Of a stretch of 64,000 nucleotides of DNA, positions 1 to 11,508 are shown piece after piece. Below the pieces are notes generated by a model. The model saw nothing but the letters and a program-made list of their open reading frames with translations. It did not search any database and was not told where the DNA came from. The DNA comes from Raillietiella orientalis (Eukaryota): NCBI GenBank assembly GCA_036172245.1, contig JAYWIR010000003.1, forward strand, positions 2,046,001 to 2,110,000, given 5' to 3'. Numbering within the stretch: position 1 is the stretch's first letter; every line of letters starts with the position of its first letter. Both the position numbers and the translations under genes were made by a program.

Positions 1-1186
1 CTTCATTGTGAGCACATAAACAGCACGACGGTACACTTTGGGATCATCTTCAGGAATAGCTGTCCCTTTACCCTCCTTCTTTTGTTTGCGACGCTTTTCA
101 GCCAGCATCATATCTGTTTTGGCTGTAGCTTCTTCTATCACATCCGTACATTTAAGGCGTGTTTCCTCATTTTCAAGTGTACGATATGCCCTGTTTACCA
201 CTAATACATCAGGTGATTAGAATTAATTATTCTTTTTCTTTTTACCATCAAATGCTACCCGAGCTCTCTCTGAGTCAGCAGGATTCTTATCAGGATGTAC
301 CAAGATTGAAAGCTAGAAGGAGGAAAGGTTTTTGCTTGCAACAGGGGATGCTCACGTTAATTGCTTTACCCTCTTGTACTTTTTCTTCACATCCTCTAGT
401 GGGGTTTCAGGTTCAATTTGCAAGACTTCATATGGATTGAGATTGAAATATGTGGATCCTGGTCGCAATAGGCGATCAATTTGTTGTTTTGGAGTCAGTA
501 CTGAATCAATCTTTTCAATCTGCTTCACCTGGAAAAACAGTGGGTAAGAGTTCACAAAGTGTGTAACCAGAATATTAGAGCCTTCCAAATGTAACTAGAA
601 ATACATGTAATAAACCATCAGAGAAACAAGATGTGAAACAATTTAATCAACTCCACAAGTATACCTCCGATTCCCTTAATCGCTTCAATAATTCACATAC
701 AATCTCTCCCAAAACTGCATTTTTCATGTGGTGTCCAATAAAACCAAAAGTGACAAACAAGAAACAAGTGCCTACATGCATAACTACATAAAAATGAAGG
801 GTAAAAAACTAAATGCACGCATTAATACAACAATTCGTAATACTACTTCAGTTATTGAAAGTAAAACAATGGGAATAAGAATTTATGCAAACAGCCACAA
901 AAATTTTTCGGGTTGGTAGTTTTCCAATAACAATGATTGATTCAACACAATAACAAAAAGGGTTTTTAAATTTGATCAATGCAAAAGTACATTCATCTGC
1001 AAACTACAATGCACTTTACCATAACATTTAACACTCACTGTAACTTTAATCCACTTTAAAACAATCCGAACATTACTCAACATAACATTTATAAATGTTG
1101 ATTATTAAGATTACCTCCGAATAGAATTCCAGAAATACGTCTTTTCCATCTTCACTGGCTGACGTAGTTGACAAATTGGTAGTCAT
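1..1186 (-). CDS. DNAJC8: DnaJ homolog subfamily C member 8 (splicing-associated J-domain protein); 3' end runs off the window
   Basis: Manual splicing: exons 1186-1115, 528-370, 312-246, 200-1 with GT-AG introns of 586, 57 and 45 nt. Gives MTTNLSTTSASEDGKDVFLEFYSE-VKQIEKIDSVLTPKQQIDRLLRPGSTYFNLNPYEVLQ...KKYKR-LSILVHPDKN... (J-domain HPD plus the DNAJC8-typical N-terminus). Confidence 0.95.
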
Positions 1187-3699
1187 TCTTAATTTTACAT
1201 AATTAGTTGATCATAACTGTGTCCACCTTTCCTAGCATCAGCATCATTAAAGCATAATTAGCGATGGTATGAACAGCTTAAACATTCATTATAAAAAGCT
1301 TTCATTCACGAAAAGATTAGTTTAAAAGAATGATGATATTGGTTTCTTATTTGTAGTTGTTAAATTATAGCGTGCACATCAAATTGAAAACTCAGTATTC
1401 TAGATTATTCATAAAACTGAAACAAGTCGATCCTAAGCAGATACAACAAACAGTATTAAAACAACAGCTTTGAAGACATTTCATAATTTTGCAAGACAAC
1501 GGGGAGCGCACACTTTCTCTCATAAAATCTTGCTTTTGTCACTTAAAAAAAAAATGAAATTGTGTTTTGACTGTTGTTTACACCTATCAAACTTTGCTGC
1601 CCACTTCGATCGAAAACGAGAATGCACACAAAAATTCCGAAGTACCAATACTCATTTGAGAAAAGTTCAAATTATATGAAGGAATGCACACAAAAATATT
1701 TCATTTCCTTGCTTTCATCAAGCTAAGAGGTGAAGATGATTAAAGGAACAGTGCAGCCTTAGATCATTCCTGATGACGAGTTTCGAGACGACTTATTCTC
1801 TCATAAAATTCGACATAGGATAATAAAATAAAATAATTCTCATTGGAATGGTATGTTAAAACCATACGATAAACAGTGAAAATTTCACCCAATCCTGGCT
1901 CATCATAACTCCCAGCGTGGCATTGAAAAATAACTTGCACAAATTCTTTAACGACACAATTTTAAGTATTCTATACAAACCTAAATGATTGACTCTACAA
2001 GTACAATATAAATATTCTCCCAATGAAGAAAACGTTTATTGTAATTACCACTCGAAAATAAAATAATTTTCATTGGAATCGCATGATTTTAACAGTTGTT
2101 TAAAACTTTCTGAGGACAATTCAAGTCGTTTTGGTTTAATGCTGGACATAATAAACTAAAATTTTTCTGTTCAGAATGTTTGGGAATTCATGTAACAGCT
2201 CGTCTCAGACAAACATTTTTTCGATAATCTCTTTCTCAATTTCTATGGCTGTCTTGCTTCTATAGTAGCGTCACATGATTCGTGTAGACATTTGAAGCTT
2301 ATGGTTTTCATTCCTCTTTCTAGAGAGCTTAAAAAACACAGAACAATTCATTTATTGTACCTGCCATTTTGTATCCCATTAACATTCTTTTATTCAGACA
2401 AACTGAATTTGTTTAGACTTAAGATGCTGTATTTTTGTTGATGCATCTGTAGATATCATTAGTTTTTCAGAGTAGGATTTTCATTTTCAGTTAATTATGG
2501 CATTAGAATTTTTGTTTCTAGGAAGTTTGTTTTTGTTACCAAAGTTATGAAGACATTTATTTGAAGTTATTAGAGTGGTAATTACAATATACATTTCCTT
2601 CAGTGGGACAATATTTATATTGTACTAATAGAGTCAGTCATTTAGATTTTTATAGAATACTTAAAATTGTGCCATTAAAGAATTTTTGCAAAATTTTTTT
2701 CAATACCACCCTGGGAGTTTTGATGGGCGAGGATTGAGTGAAATTTTCACTGCTGAGAATTAAAATTTCATAGTTATCTTTCCAAATAATTATAACAGTT
2801 AATGAAACTCAGTGCTTTTCATTTTTGAAGTCAATTTTTCTAATTTATTTTTCTATATCTTCATTCTCTAAGTCGAATGTAACTTGTTTGTGATCACTCT
2901 GCTTAGTATAACATTCCCTGTTGTCGACACTATCCGTTCTTTATTACGAGCCCCTAATAATCTACACACTGCGAAAACAAAAAACTCATATAAAGCGATG
3001 TGCATTTAACTCTGTCAAACCTAATGATTTTCTCACTCCTGCAAGATTAAGAACTAGTGGAATATTTGTTATATTCCACTTATCTTCAAGGTGATAAAAT
3101 TTAAATATTCATTTTTCCCTAGTCCGGCAAGAGGTCAGGTATTTAATTAAAAACCTCACACAGCACAAAAAACAAAATAATACAAACTCAATGTTTTACA
3201 AGCGAACACACACAGTAGTCTGTAGTCTGATCCACAGTTCTCACACTTTACAAATCTCCCTTGTACTCTAATGTACTCTTGTAACTCTTGTAAATTTTCC
3301 CATGTAACTTGCATGTACCGAAAAGTTGCATCAAGGGTGCAACCATTCTTCTGTAACTGAAGATTTCTATCCCCTCATTAGCAGTCCTGTGCGAGGTCCA
3401 CTAAGGCTTGCTACTTCTACTGCTCTGCTTCTCAAAAGCTTTCATCTCCTTATGAAGATCCCTGTGATGAAGAATGAGATTGTAATCTTAAGTTTGGAAT
3501 TTTGTAAGAAAACGATATTTTGCCGCTGAAAAGCCACTCAAGAACTCCGTTCTTGTCTTCTCTCCGCACGTCTTGGGGAAGTCCTATACACTCAAATTCG
3601 GCGACGTCAACCGCTGCTTCCAAGATCTGCTTTCTTACATCTTTCTTCCTCTTGTGTTCGTGGAAAGTTGCCAGCATCATCCAGCAGAAGTCCAAGACT

Positions 3700-3990
3700 G
3701 TGGATCGAATAAACATCGCGAGTGTAGAGGGCACATGCGGCTACCATAAGTGGTCTCATCTTGTTCTCACATATTAGAGCGACACCCAATTCGCGAAAGA
3801 CTGTGTCATGTCTTCGATTTCAGTTTCTCAAAGGACCAACGATGATGGCATGCACGTTGGCTTCTACTTCTCTCCAAGAAAGCTGTGTGGTAACATCCCG
3901 AGACTTGGCTCCCTTCTCATTGCTTGAGAGGCTAAAGGCATCCTCTTTATTCTCAAAGAAGCAGGAAGAGACTACTTCGTCTGCTCCTTT
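3700..3990 (-). mobile_element. Degenerate C-terminal fragment of a restriction-like-endonuclease non-LTR retrotransposon (NeSL/Utopia/R4-like)
   Basis: Minus strand reads CFFENKEDAFSLSSNEKGAK...VHAIIVGPLRN*NRRHDTVFRELGV...NKMRPLMVAACALYTRDVYSIH. This resembles the D-V-x-C-PFEN...EK..KY...IIVGSLGSW...SRDIY.EH C-terminus of such elements; it has an in-frame stop. Boundaries approximate. Confidence 0.65.
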
Positions 3991-4036
3991 GGGGCAGAGA
4001 AGTTATACTTGCTACTTCACCTCCGTCTAAAACCTG

Positions 4037-4091
4037 CTAATAAGGGGAAGAAAGAGGGCCCTGAATGGACTCTCTGTCTTCCCCTTATTAG
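4037..4091. repeat. Hairpin with 15-bp perfect outer stem, extendable with G-T pairs
   Basis: ctaataaggggaaga (4037-4051) is the reverse complement of tcttccccttattag (4077-4091); the inner sequence also partly pairs. Confidence 0.85.
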
Positions 4092-5508
4092 GATTGGATT
4101 TCTCTTGCTCTTTGTCTTTTCCTTTCCACCACAGGGAATTTTGCGTCAGGGCCATGCTCTTCGTTGTTAGGTATTTCTTCCCTAGTTCGACTTCCAGTTA
4201 GAGATTAGTGACTTTCCCTGTAATTGAAGCCACTGTGTTTATTTCTTGCAGTGGGTTTCTTGCACTCCGTATCTTGCAGAAATAGCATTTCTGCGGCTGG
4301 GTTCAAAGGTATTGTGCACTAGCGGCACTTCAACTTGGGACAGACTGCCATTGAGTGACGAAATTACTTTCAGAGAATGGAAAAAACAGATGCTATCTGT
4401 GTCTGATGATTAATGGGAATATACGCTCATATTTGTCGCATTTGGAATAACCATGTTACTGTGTAAGAAAGGCTTCCCCCAAGCAGATTCCCGTCAGAAT
4501 GCTTCTAATCTCAACATTCTTCGCCTCCTTATATTTGGTGACGGAGTCCTAGATGCCTTTCTGGCTGGTGTCGAAGCTTATTCTGGATGAAAGCACGGTC
4601 CTGGTCTCCTTCTCATCGATCCTGGAACAATGAGTCCGTTCAGACTTAAGACTTGTTCAATTAAGGCATTTGCAAGCTTGCCATAGTAGGTGTATACTGT
4701 GAACCTCCTTTCGTACGGAACTTAATTTAAACACATGTTTTTCTTTATAAGAATAAACGTGCTTCTTCAAACGAATGCAAAATGAAGTACGGAAAATGTT
4801 AACGAGAGGTTCGGTTTTAATAATGTTTCAGATATCAAATATCAGGATAGATTTCAGATATCTTACAGGAAGAAAACCGTTTAAAGATAACTAACTAACT
4901 CCCACTGAATGTTAGCTACTTGAAGAAGTATCCGGACAGAAAGTATAATTCCACAATGAATGTAAGGTGATTTCTGGATGAAATTGATTGCATTTGGCAA
5001 ACTGAACTCAATATATAAAAACTAGATCTTCAGCAGTTTTTATTTTGCTTTCAAAATGCATTCTTCATTTCCTTTTTTGAAGTTCAATCTTTCAACATTT
5101 GTTTCTTATTTTTAAGATTAAGCGCTACCATCTCAATTAAGATATTACATTGGTTTTCGATGAAGAATGACATAATTCTATGGGTACGCCTGCTGTGAAA
5201 GAACTTAGAAACGAAGCTTATTCTGAAGGAATGTATATACAGCTGTTGACGTTGATGGAATTTGAAAAAGAAAGTTTCCTCTTCTAGGTGTTAACTACAT
5301 TATTTTATTTAATAAGGTTTAATACAACAAGGTAACTCCCCATTATAACCTATTACGGCATTCTTAAGGTTATTTTTTATCACTTTCATGAAAATTCCCT
5401 TTCGGTTAAGACGCTGCAATCCGTAATTCAGAATACATTCTTTGACTAGAATGAATGATACGGAATCAGTATATGTATAGCAGTCAAATTTCTTAGATCT
5501 GCAGACGG

Positions 5509-6858
5509 ATGGAAAACTTTTCTCCAAAGGACTTAAAAGGGCTAGAACGCCTGCTGTATAGGGCAAGCATATCTTCGTCTTCTAGTGAATCCTTGTCTGA
5601 TTCAAGTTCATTAGATGAAGTTGATTTTACTGAGATCCAGCAGACCATTGCGAGTAACACAAAACTCGTGGGATGCACAGTTAGTTATGAGAAATCTATT
5701 TTTATTAAATTTCATAAAATGTATCTTTAAGAAAAAGGATCTTGATGAGATTATACAATATATAAAGAACAAACGTTGTTCGAAGATTATAACTATGGTT
5801 GGTGCTGGGATATCTACATGTGAGTACATACAAAAGGCATTTTAGGTGTAGTCCCAAACAGCTTGTGGTCTTCCTGACTTTCGTAGCCCAGACACAGGTC
5901 TGTTTGTCAACCAAGATGACTTGACGCTTTCTGGTTTCATGGAAGCATCTACTATTGATTTTTTTGTTAAGAACCCGAAGCCCTTTTTTACCCTGGTCAA
6001 AAAGTTTTTACCATGTATTCTTCGTCCTTCTGTCACACATTACTTTATTCGTTTATTGAATGATAAAGGGCTACTGCTTCGCCATTACACACAGGTAGCC
6101 TACAGAAGGAAAAGAGTGGAACTTATTTAATTCAGCAGAATGTGGATACTCTTGAACATTTAGCTGGTATCCCCAAGGAAAAGATCGTGGAAGCACATGG
6201 CAGCTTCCAGACTTCTCATTGTATCAACCAGGAATGTCAACAACTGTATGATTTGGAATGGTTAAAGAGTAGGTAAGTTTTCTGGAAGCTTGTTTTATAG
6301 TTTGTAATAAAGACCAGCTGGTTGATAATGATATCCCTAAATGTGAAAAGTGCAATGAAATTGTGAAACCAGATGTTATTTTGTTTGGAGAAGAATTGCC
6401 CAATCAGTTCTTTGAGCAGTCCAAACAGGATTTCCCATGTTGCGATCTGTTACTGATATTGGGTACTTCCTTGTCTGTTCATCCTTTTGCATCCCTTGTG
6501 GCTAAGTGAGTCAACAAAGAGGAGTAATTAAGATTTAATGTGCCTGTAGAATTCATCCTGATTGCCCTCGAATGTATATTGATCGTAGGGTGCACGATGA
6601 CAGATTTTTAAGGAATTGGCTATGGCCTACCACCCCTAAACTGGGTGAAACTAGAAATGTGTATTGGGTAGGCGAGTGTGATGTGGTTTGTCAGGAGATT
6701 GCAGAAGCTTTGGACTGGCAGGCAAGTCTTTTATCTCCATACAGCCAATAAGTCTTCTTTTCCAGCATGATCTTACATTATTGGTGAAACCTGAAAAAGA
6801 ATCTGGTGAATTTGATACAGCTGAAAAACCTGTCAATTCATCTGGGGAGGGGGAATAA
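5509..6858 (+). CDS. SIRT2: NAD-dependent protein deacetylase, sirtuin-2-like (class I sirtuin), 7 exons
   Basis: Spliced protein has MVGAGISTSCGLPDFRSP, HYFIRLL..KGLLLRHYTQNVD, VEAHGSF, Zn cysteines CINQEC/CEKC, KPDVILFGE and GTSL. Introns 52, 42, 44, 44, 44, 44 nt; the last is GC-AG (6722-6765). Stop TAA at 6856-6858. Confidence 0.93.
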
Positions 6859-6946
6859 AGGCACATGGAATTGTGGGCAAATAAAATAACTAAATTATAA
6901 TATAAATTTTGATTCACTAACTTTTATGGTTTTTGTTCTAAAGGTC

Positions 6947-7942
6947 ATGCATACTGCTGATTTGTTACTGGAGATGGGATTTGATCCTGAGAAAGTGTAG
7001 GTACATAATGTATTTGAATGTATATGGGTTGTGTTCTAGAAGAAAAGCTTTAGAAGTCACTGGAGGACAACACCTAGAAGCAGCTATGGAATGGTGTGAA
7101 GGTTTGCAGTTTAGATTGACATCTGAGTAGGCTACTCTCCCAGGAACAGATTGCTGAATCCAATGATTCAGTGGAAACAAATGAAAGCAAAGCAAATAAT
7201 AATCCAAGTTCAGACCAGGAGGAGCAGATTCATACTCTGGAAACAAAGCTTCAGTTGCACAGACAGTGGATGAATGAGAAGGAGAAGAAAGACAATATTG
7301 AGCGAGAAAAACAGCGAATCAAGAGTGGCAAAGAGCTAATGGATGCTAAACGAAGGTGTGATGTGGGTTAGTTTATGCATCATTTGTTGTTGCAGGTTAG
7401 AAGAACAGGAAATGCTATGGAGAGCAGAAGAGATACGTAAAGAGAAACAGGCAGAAAAGATTGCCTGGCAGCAATTACAGCAGCAGATAAAACAAGAAAA
7501 GGAACAACGTCAGGTGCCTTCCTCATCTGCTTCTTTAGCCTCTTTAACTACTGTACATTCTGATCCAGTCACTGAACCTAAGAAGTATGAAGAAACAAAA
7601 ATCCAGGTGTCATGTGGATAGTAAATGAATTTCATAGAAAGCATTCTCACAGATTCGTCTGGCTGATGGTAGAAGTTTGATGGGTACATTTGGAGTTAAG
7701 CAACCATTGTCTGCTGTAAGGCTGTTCATTCAGGAAAGCATCAAAGATTTTGGTGCCAACTTTTCTCTCAGGACTACGTATCCTCGTCGTATCTTTTCCC
7801 TTGAAGAATATGATATGCCTTTAGATGTTTTAGGTAAGGAGTGCTCATCATAAGATCAGAAAAATTTTGGAAATTAGGTCTAGTGCCTTCTGTGGTGTTG
7901 CTGGCCACTGCAGATATAATTAAAAATCAAGATTCAAATTGA
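6947..7942 (+). CDS. UBXN1: UBA-coiled-coil-UBX domain protein (UBXN1/SAKS1-like p97 adaptor), 6 exons
   Basis: N-terminal UBA (LLEMGF...KAL..TG...EAAMEWLL), central EREKQRIKSGKEL...LEEQEM, and C-terminal UBX (KIQIRLADG...F...LSAVR...TTYPRR.F...L..LGLVPS). Introns 43, 37, 40, 46, 44 nt. Confidence 0.92.
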
Positions 7943-8951
7943 TAATGTTGCATACTTGTTTTGAACACTGATCAATATTTTATTGCTATTGAAAATGTAA
8001 TGGAGACATTTTGATTAGATAATATTTCTTAGTAATACAGGTTCATGCTTGTGTGTAGTATCAAAATTAATGTTTTAATTTTCGAATTCTGAATCATTTG
8101 CTTGTGTTTTTATATTGATGTGAGAGCGTTTTTAATGGCTTCAGAGATCATTTGCAATTGCCAGTGGGAACGTTAACCGAATGTATCACTCTGTAAGAGC
8201 TTTAGAAAGCTTGTTAAGCATTGCAGACATGGGTTTTGTACAGTAGATGCTATGTTTCAACCAATTCAATACACAACTTTTTATAAAATATTTATAGAAA
8301 AACATCATGATGTATATAACAAGGGAACCATTCAATAATTTCCATATGTACAAGGACAGTATTGTAGCTCTTGAGGTTTGCTGAGGTGTGATTATTGCTA
8401 GTTGAAAATGATTATGTGCTCTTTTTACTTGGTGTCAGTAAAGTTGATGTTTTAAAAAAGCATCACAGTTCTCATGTTTTCACCTGTTTGTTCATAAAAT
8501 GTCTTCACCTGGAAGTATTAGAAAATTCAAAAATCAGGCACAGTGCTGCAGAGGAAAAATCAAGGCATATGATACCAAATAAGGTATAAGAGAATGGAAA
8601 ATGAAATGCTTTTCTTGATGTTAATGGTTTTCGCCAAAACAAATTTTGTAGATCTTTCTGCATAATAAAGAATTTGCCTACGTTGCAGATCGGATGTTCA
8701 AAAGTTTTGCAAAGTACATGTAAAAAGCTATGAGAATGCAAGCTTTAGGGATAGCTTTTTCACATAAATGTAGAAGAAAACTGTATCAGATGATGGATTT
8801 GTGAAAAGGTGCAAAATTGGAGAATAAAGAAAATTCAAAATAGAATAGACATTGCTGTGATAATGACGAATGGTTTAGATGCACAGATGAGATTGTTTGT
8901 AAACATATGAATGACTGAATTTTAAAAATCAGAATTTTGTGATGGGAAAAT

Positions 8952-8983
8952 ATTGAATTGGAGAAAATATTCTCCAATTCAAT
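8952..8983. repeat. Perfect 14-bp palindromic hairpin with 4-nt loop
   Basis: attgaattggagaa-aata-ttctccaattcaat. Confidence 0.85.
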
Positions 8984-9910
8984 TCCTCAAAGAAATCTAT
9001 TTAAAGTAATTTGGAAAGTTTGACAATGTTTTTTCAAGGATTTTGACCAATAAGTCTTCAGCAATTTTATCATTTTCTGCTCATTTTAATTCTCTTGGTG
9101 CAAAGTTTGATGAAATTATTATAATTTATATTTTATGAGGAAAGGGTTATTATGAATTTCTAAACCATGTTGTGTGTCTTACATTTGAAAAGGATTTTCT
9201 TTCTGTACAAAATTGAAAACAAGCAAAGCATGCTGTGAAATGTTCTTTTATAAGTTTTAGAAGGCATTTTCGTTTTGGGGACATACATTCATCCAATATA
9301 AGCACTGCTACAGCAGCTTTTCCACTGCTTGAAAAGCAATCTTTCCAAATAATAAGCATTGCCTGTACAGAAAAAGGAATCATGCCGTATGAAATTCTTG
9401 TATTAAATTGCAGCTCTGAAAAATTAATTGTTACAGAAATAACAAACTGATGCTGTACGTTTATTTGCAAATAAAAATGTTAAGCAAACTAAAAAGTTGA
9501 GAAAGGAGCTTTAAGACTTGATTGGACTGTGTTATGTAATTAGCCACTGAGGAAAGTGTGCAGTCATGTTATCCATTTTAAATAGTATTTCTCACTTTGA
9601 TCAGGGGAGAATAAAGAGGCACTTTCAAGAAGTAAGAACGATGTCGATTTAGGAAAACCAAAAAAAACTAGATAGTAAAGATTACAGTGCATCAAACAAG
9701 ACATCTGCAGATAGTCTAGGGGAAGGTATTTCTGTTTTTTTTATTCACAAGCAACAATCGGATCTTAACAACAAAGTAAGACACCAAAGAAGGCCACTGA
9801 GGACTTTGTCAAATGACCTTGGATCCCTATCCAGCAAATTGTAAAAATAGTTTACAATCCTTCAATTTGTCACCAATTCCAAAATACATATCATATTAAC
9901 TTGGTCAGAT

Positions 9911-11376
9911 TCAATACTGAGGAAAAGTAGGATCTACCAAGGTGGCCCATGCTGCCAGTCCTCCAATAATGCTTCTGATGCACACATCTGTTGGTTTAAA
10001 ATGTTTTTGAAGGGAGAGCACAGCTTTCTGAGAATCATTACCATGATGGCAAATGACAAAAACTTAATCTGAATTAAGTGATGTGAATCCTTGTGCTTCT
10101 TACCAGGAAAGGGTGAATTCACTGCATGCTTTTTGATTTCTTCATGAATAACATGTAACTGTTCCTGGAGGTCTGATAATGGAACAGATAAAGACCAAGG
10201 GAGCAAGCATAGCTCCAGTTCCCTGCTAGGTCGGACATCCAACAGCAAATGCTTCTCTTGGCTATAAACAACTTTCTGGTACTCTTGGACTGTCACTTGC
10301 TTGTCAAGAGGCAGCTGCATTGGTGCAGTGCCATTTTCATCCTATAAACTGCATTAATGGTTGCATTTCCGAACAAATAAAATGTACATTACTACAAAAC
10401 TGTTTATAGTCTCCAAGTTGAGTGATGGATGGATTGGAACCGCATGCAGCACAGTGCTGCTGACAACCACGTAAAGCTATCATCTTGAAAGTCATTCGAA
10501 GCCCATCAAACAATAGCATTCTTTGACTAAGCACACTCCCCAATTTTGTCACAATTTTAATAGCTTCTAAAGCTTGCAAAGAGCCAATCATTCCTGTCAC
10601 TATGAGCAATTTACTAAATTCAGTAGTGTGCAACAATCATACCTGGACCCATTACACCAACTTCAGAACAGCTGCTCACTGTGGTTGGATCTGGTGGTAG
10701 TGGAAAAATACAACGATAACATGGACCTCCTTGATAATGATATACTGTTAATTGTCCATCAAACTGGAGGGCACTTCCTGATACCAGTGGCTTGTTTAGC
10801 AACACACAAGAATCACTAAGCAAATAGCGGGTAGCTACATTGTCTGTGGCATCTAATACCACATCATATGACTGTAATAGAGCTAGAGCATTGGAGGCAC
10901 ACAGGGAAACTGGATGTAGTTCCAGTTGTACTTGATGATTCAATCTGCTCTTACTGATTGTAAAAAATGTGGTGAATGATAATTTACCTTTGTAAGGCAC
11001 TGGTGATTGCTTCACATTTGCTGTGGCCAACATCTTGATCTCCATATAGTACTTGCCTGGGAAGGTTGCTTTTGTCCACTAGGTCAAAATCCACCAAACC
11101 AAGACGTCCTGCAAAAAATTGGTTTCTCTGATTACTTTTGCTTACCCACTCCTGCAGCAGTCAAATACTGTGCTGCAGGGCATCCTAGTCCTCCTAATCC
11201 TACAATTAATACTGCTGCTCTTCTGAGTAAGTTTTGACCTTAATACAAAAAATGCCTTGGCCCCTCTAGTTTTCTTAACCTGTTTTTCCGAAACCCTCCA
11301 ATAACACCTGTCTGCTGTACCTCAAGATATCCTCAGGTGATTCACATTGCAAACAACCAATTGTTGATGATTGCAT
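9911..11376 (-). CDS. MOCS3: Adenylyltransferase and sulfurtransferase MOCS3/Uba4 (MoeB/ThiF plus rhodanese domains)
   Basis: Spliced protein has [74 protein letters not shown] and a rhodanese loop CHHGNDSQ, ending DPTFPQY*. Introns include 41 nt (11239-11279) and 37 nt (11109-11145). Confidence 0.95.
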
Positions 11377-11508
11377 GTTTCTGTAATGCAAGGTTGTATA
11401 ACTGAGGGAGCCAACAATTCAGCAATGAGTGGTCTGGCATACCCTGCCACTCTCTGCTGAATACAAAAATAGCTTTTATTGATCTCAAGGAATGGAGAAA
11501 TTGAAAAT

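Noticed and set aside
1187..1230. Acceptor just upstream of the DNAJC8 ATG as trans-splicing evidence
   Set aside because: A good donor (aag/gtggac) lies 39 nt upstream, so an ordinary 5' UTR intron explains it.
1766..1795. Hammerhead-like ctgatga...gagac
   Set aside because: The GAAA core is mismatched and no convincing stems I and III are present.
1515..2090. Short direct repeats (aatgcacacaaaaat; aaataaaataatt.tcattggaat; tctctcataaaat)
   Set aside because: Only pairs of 13-25 bp in AT-rich DNA, with no regular period or array structure.
8000..9900. Short ORFs between UBXN1 and MOCS3
   Set aside because: No consistent exon chain or motifs; probably 3' UTR or intergenic sequence.
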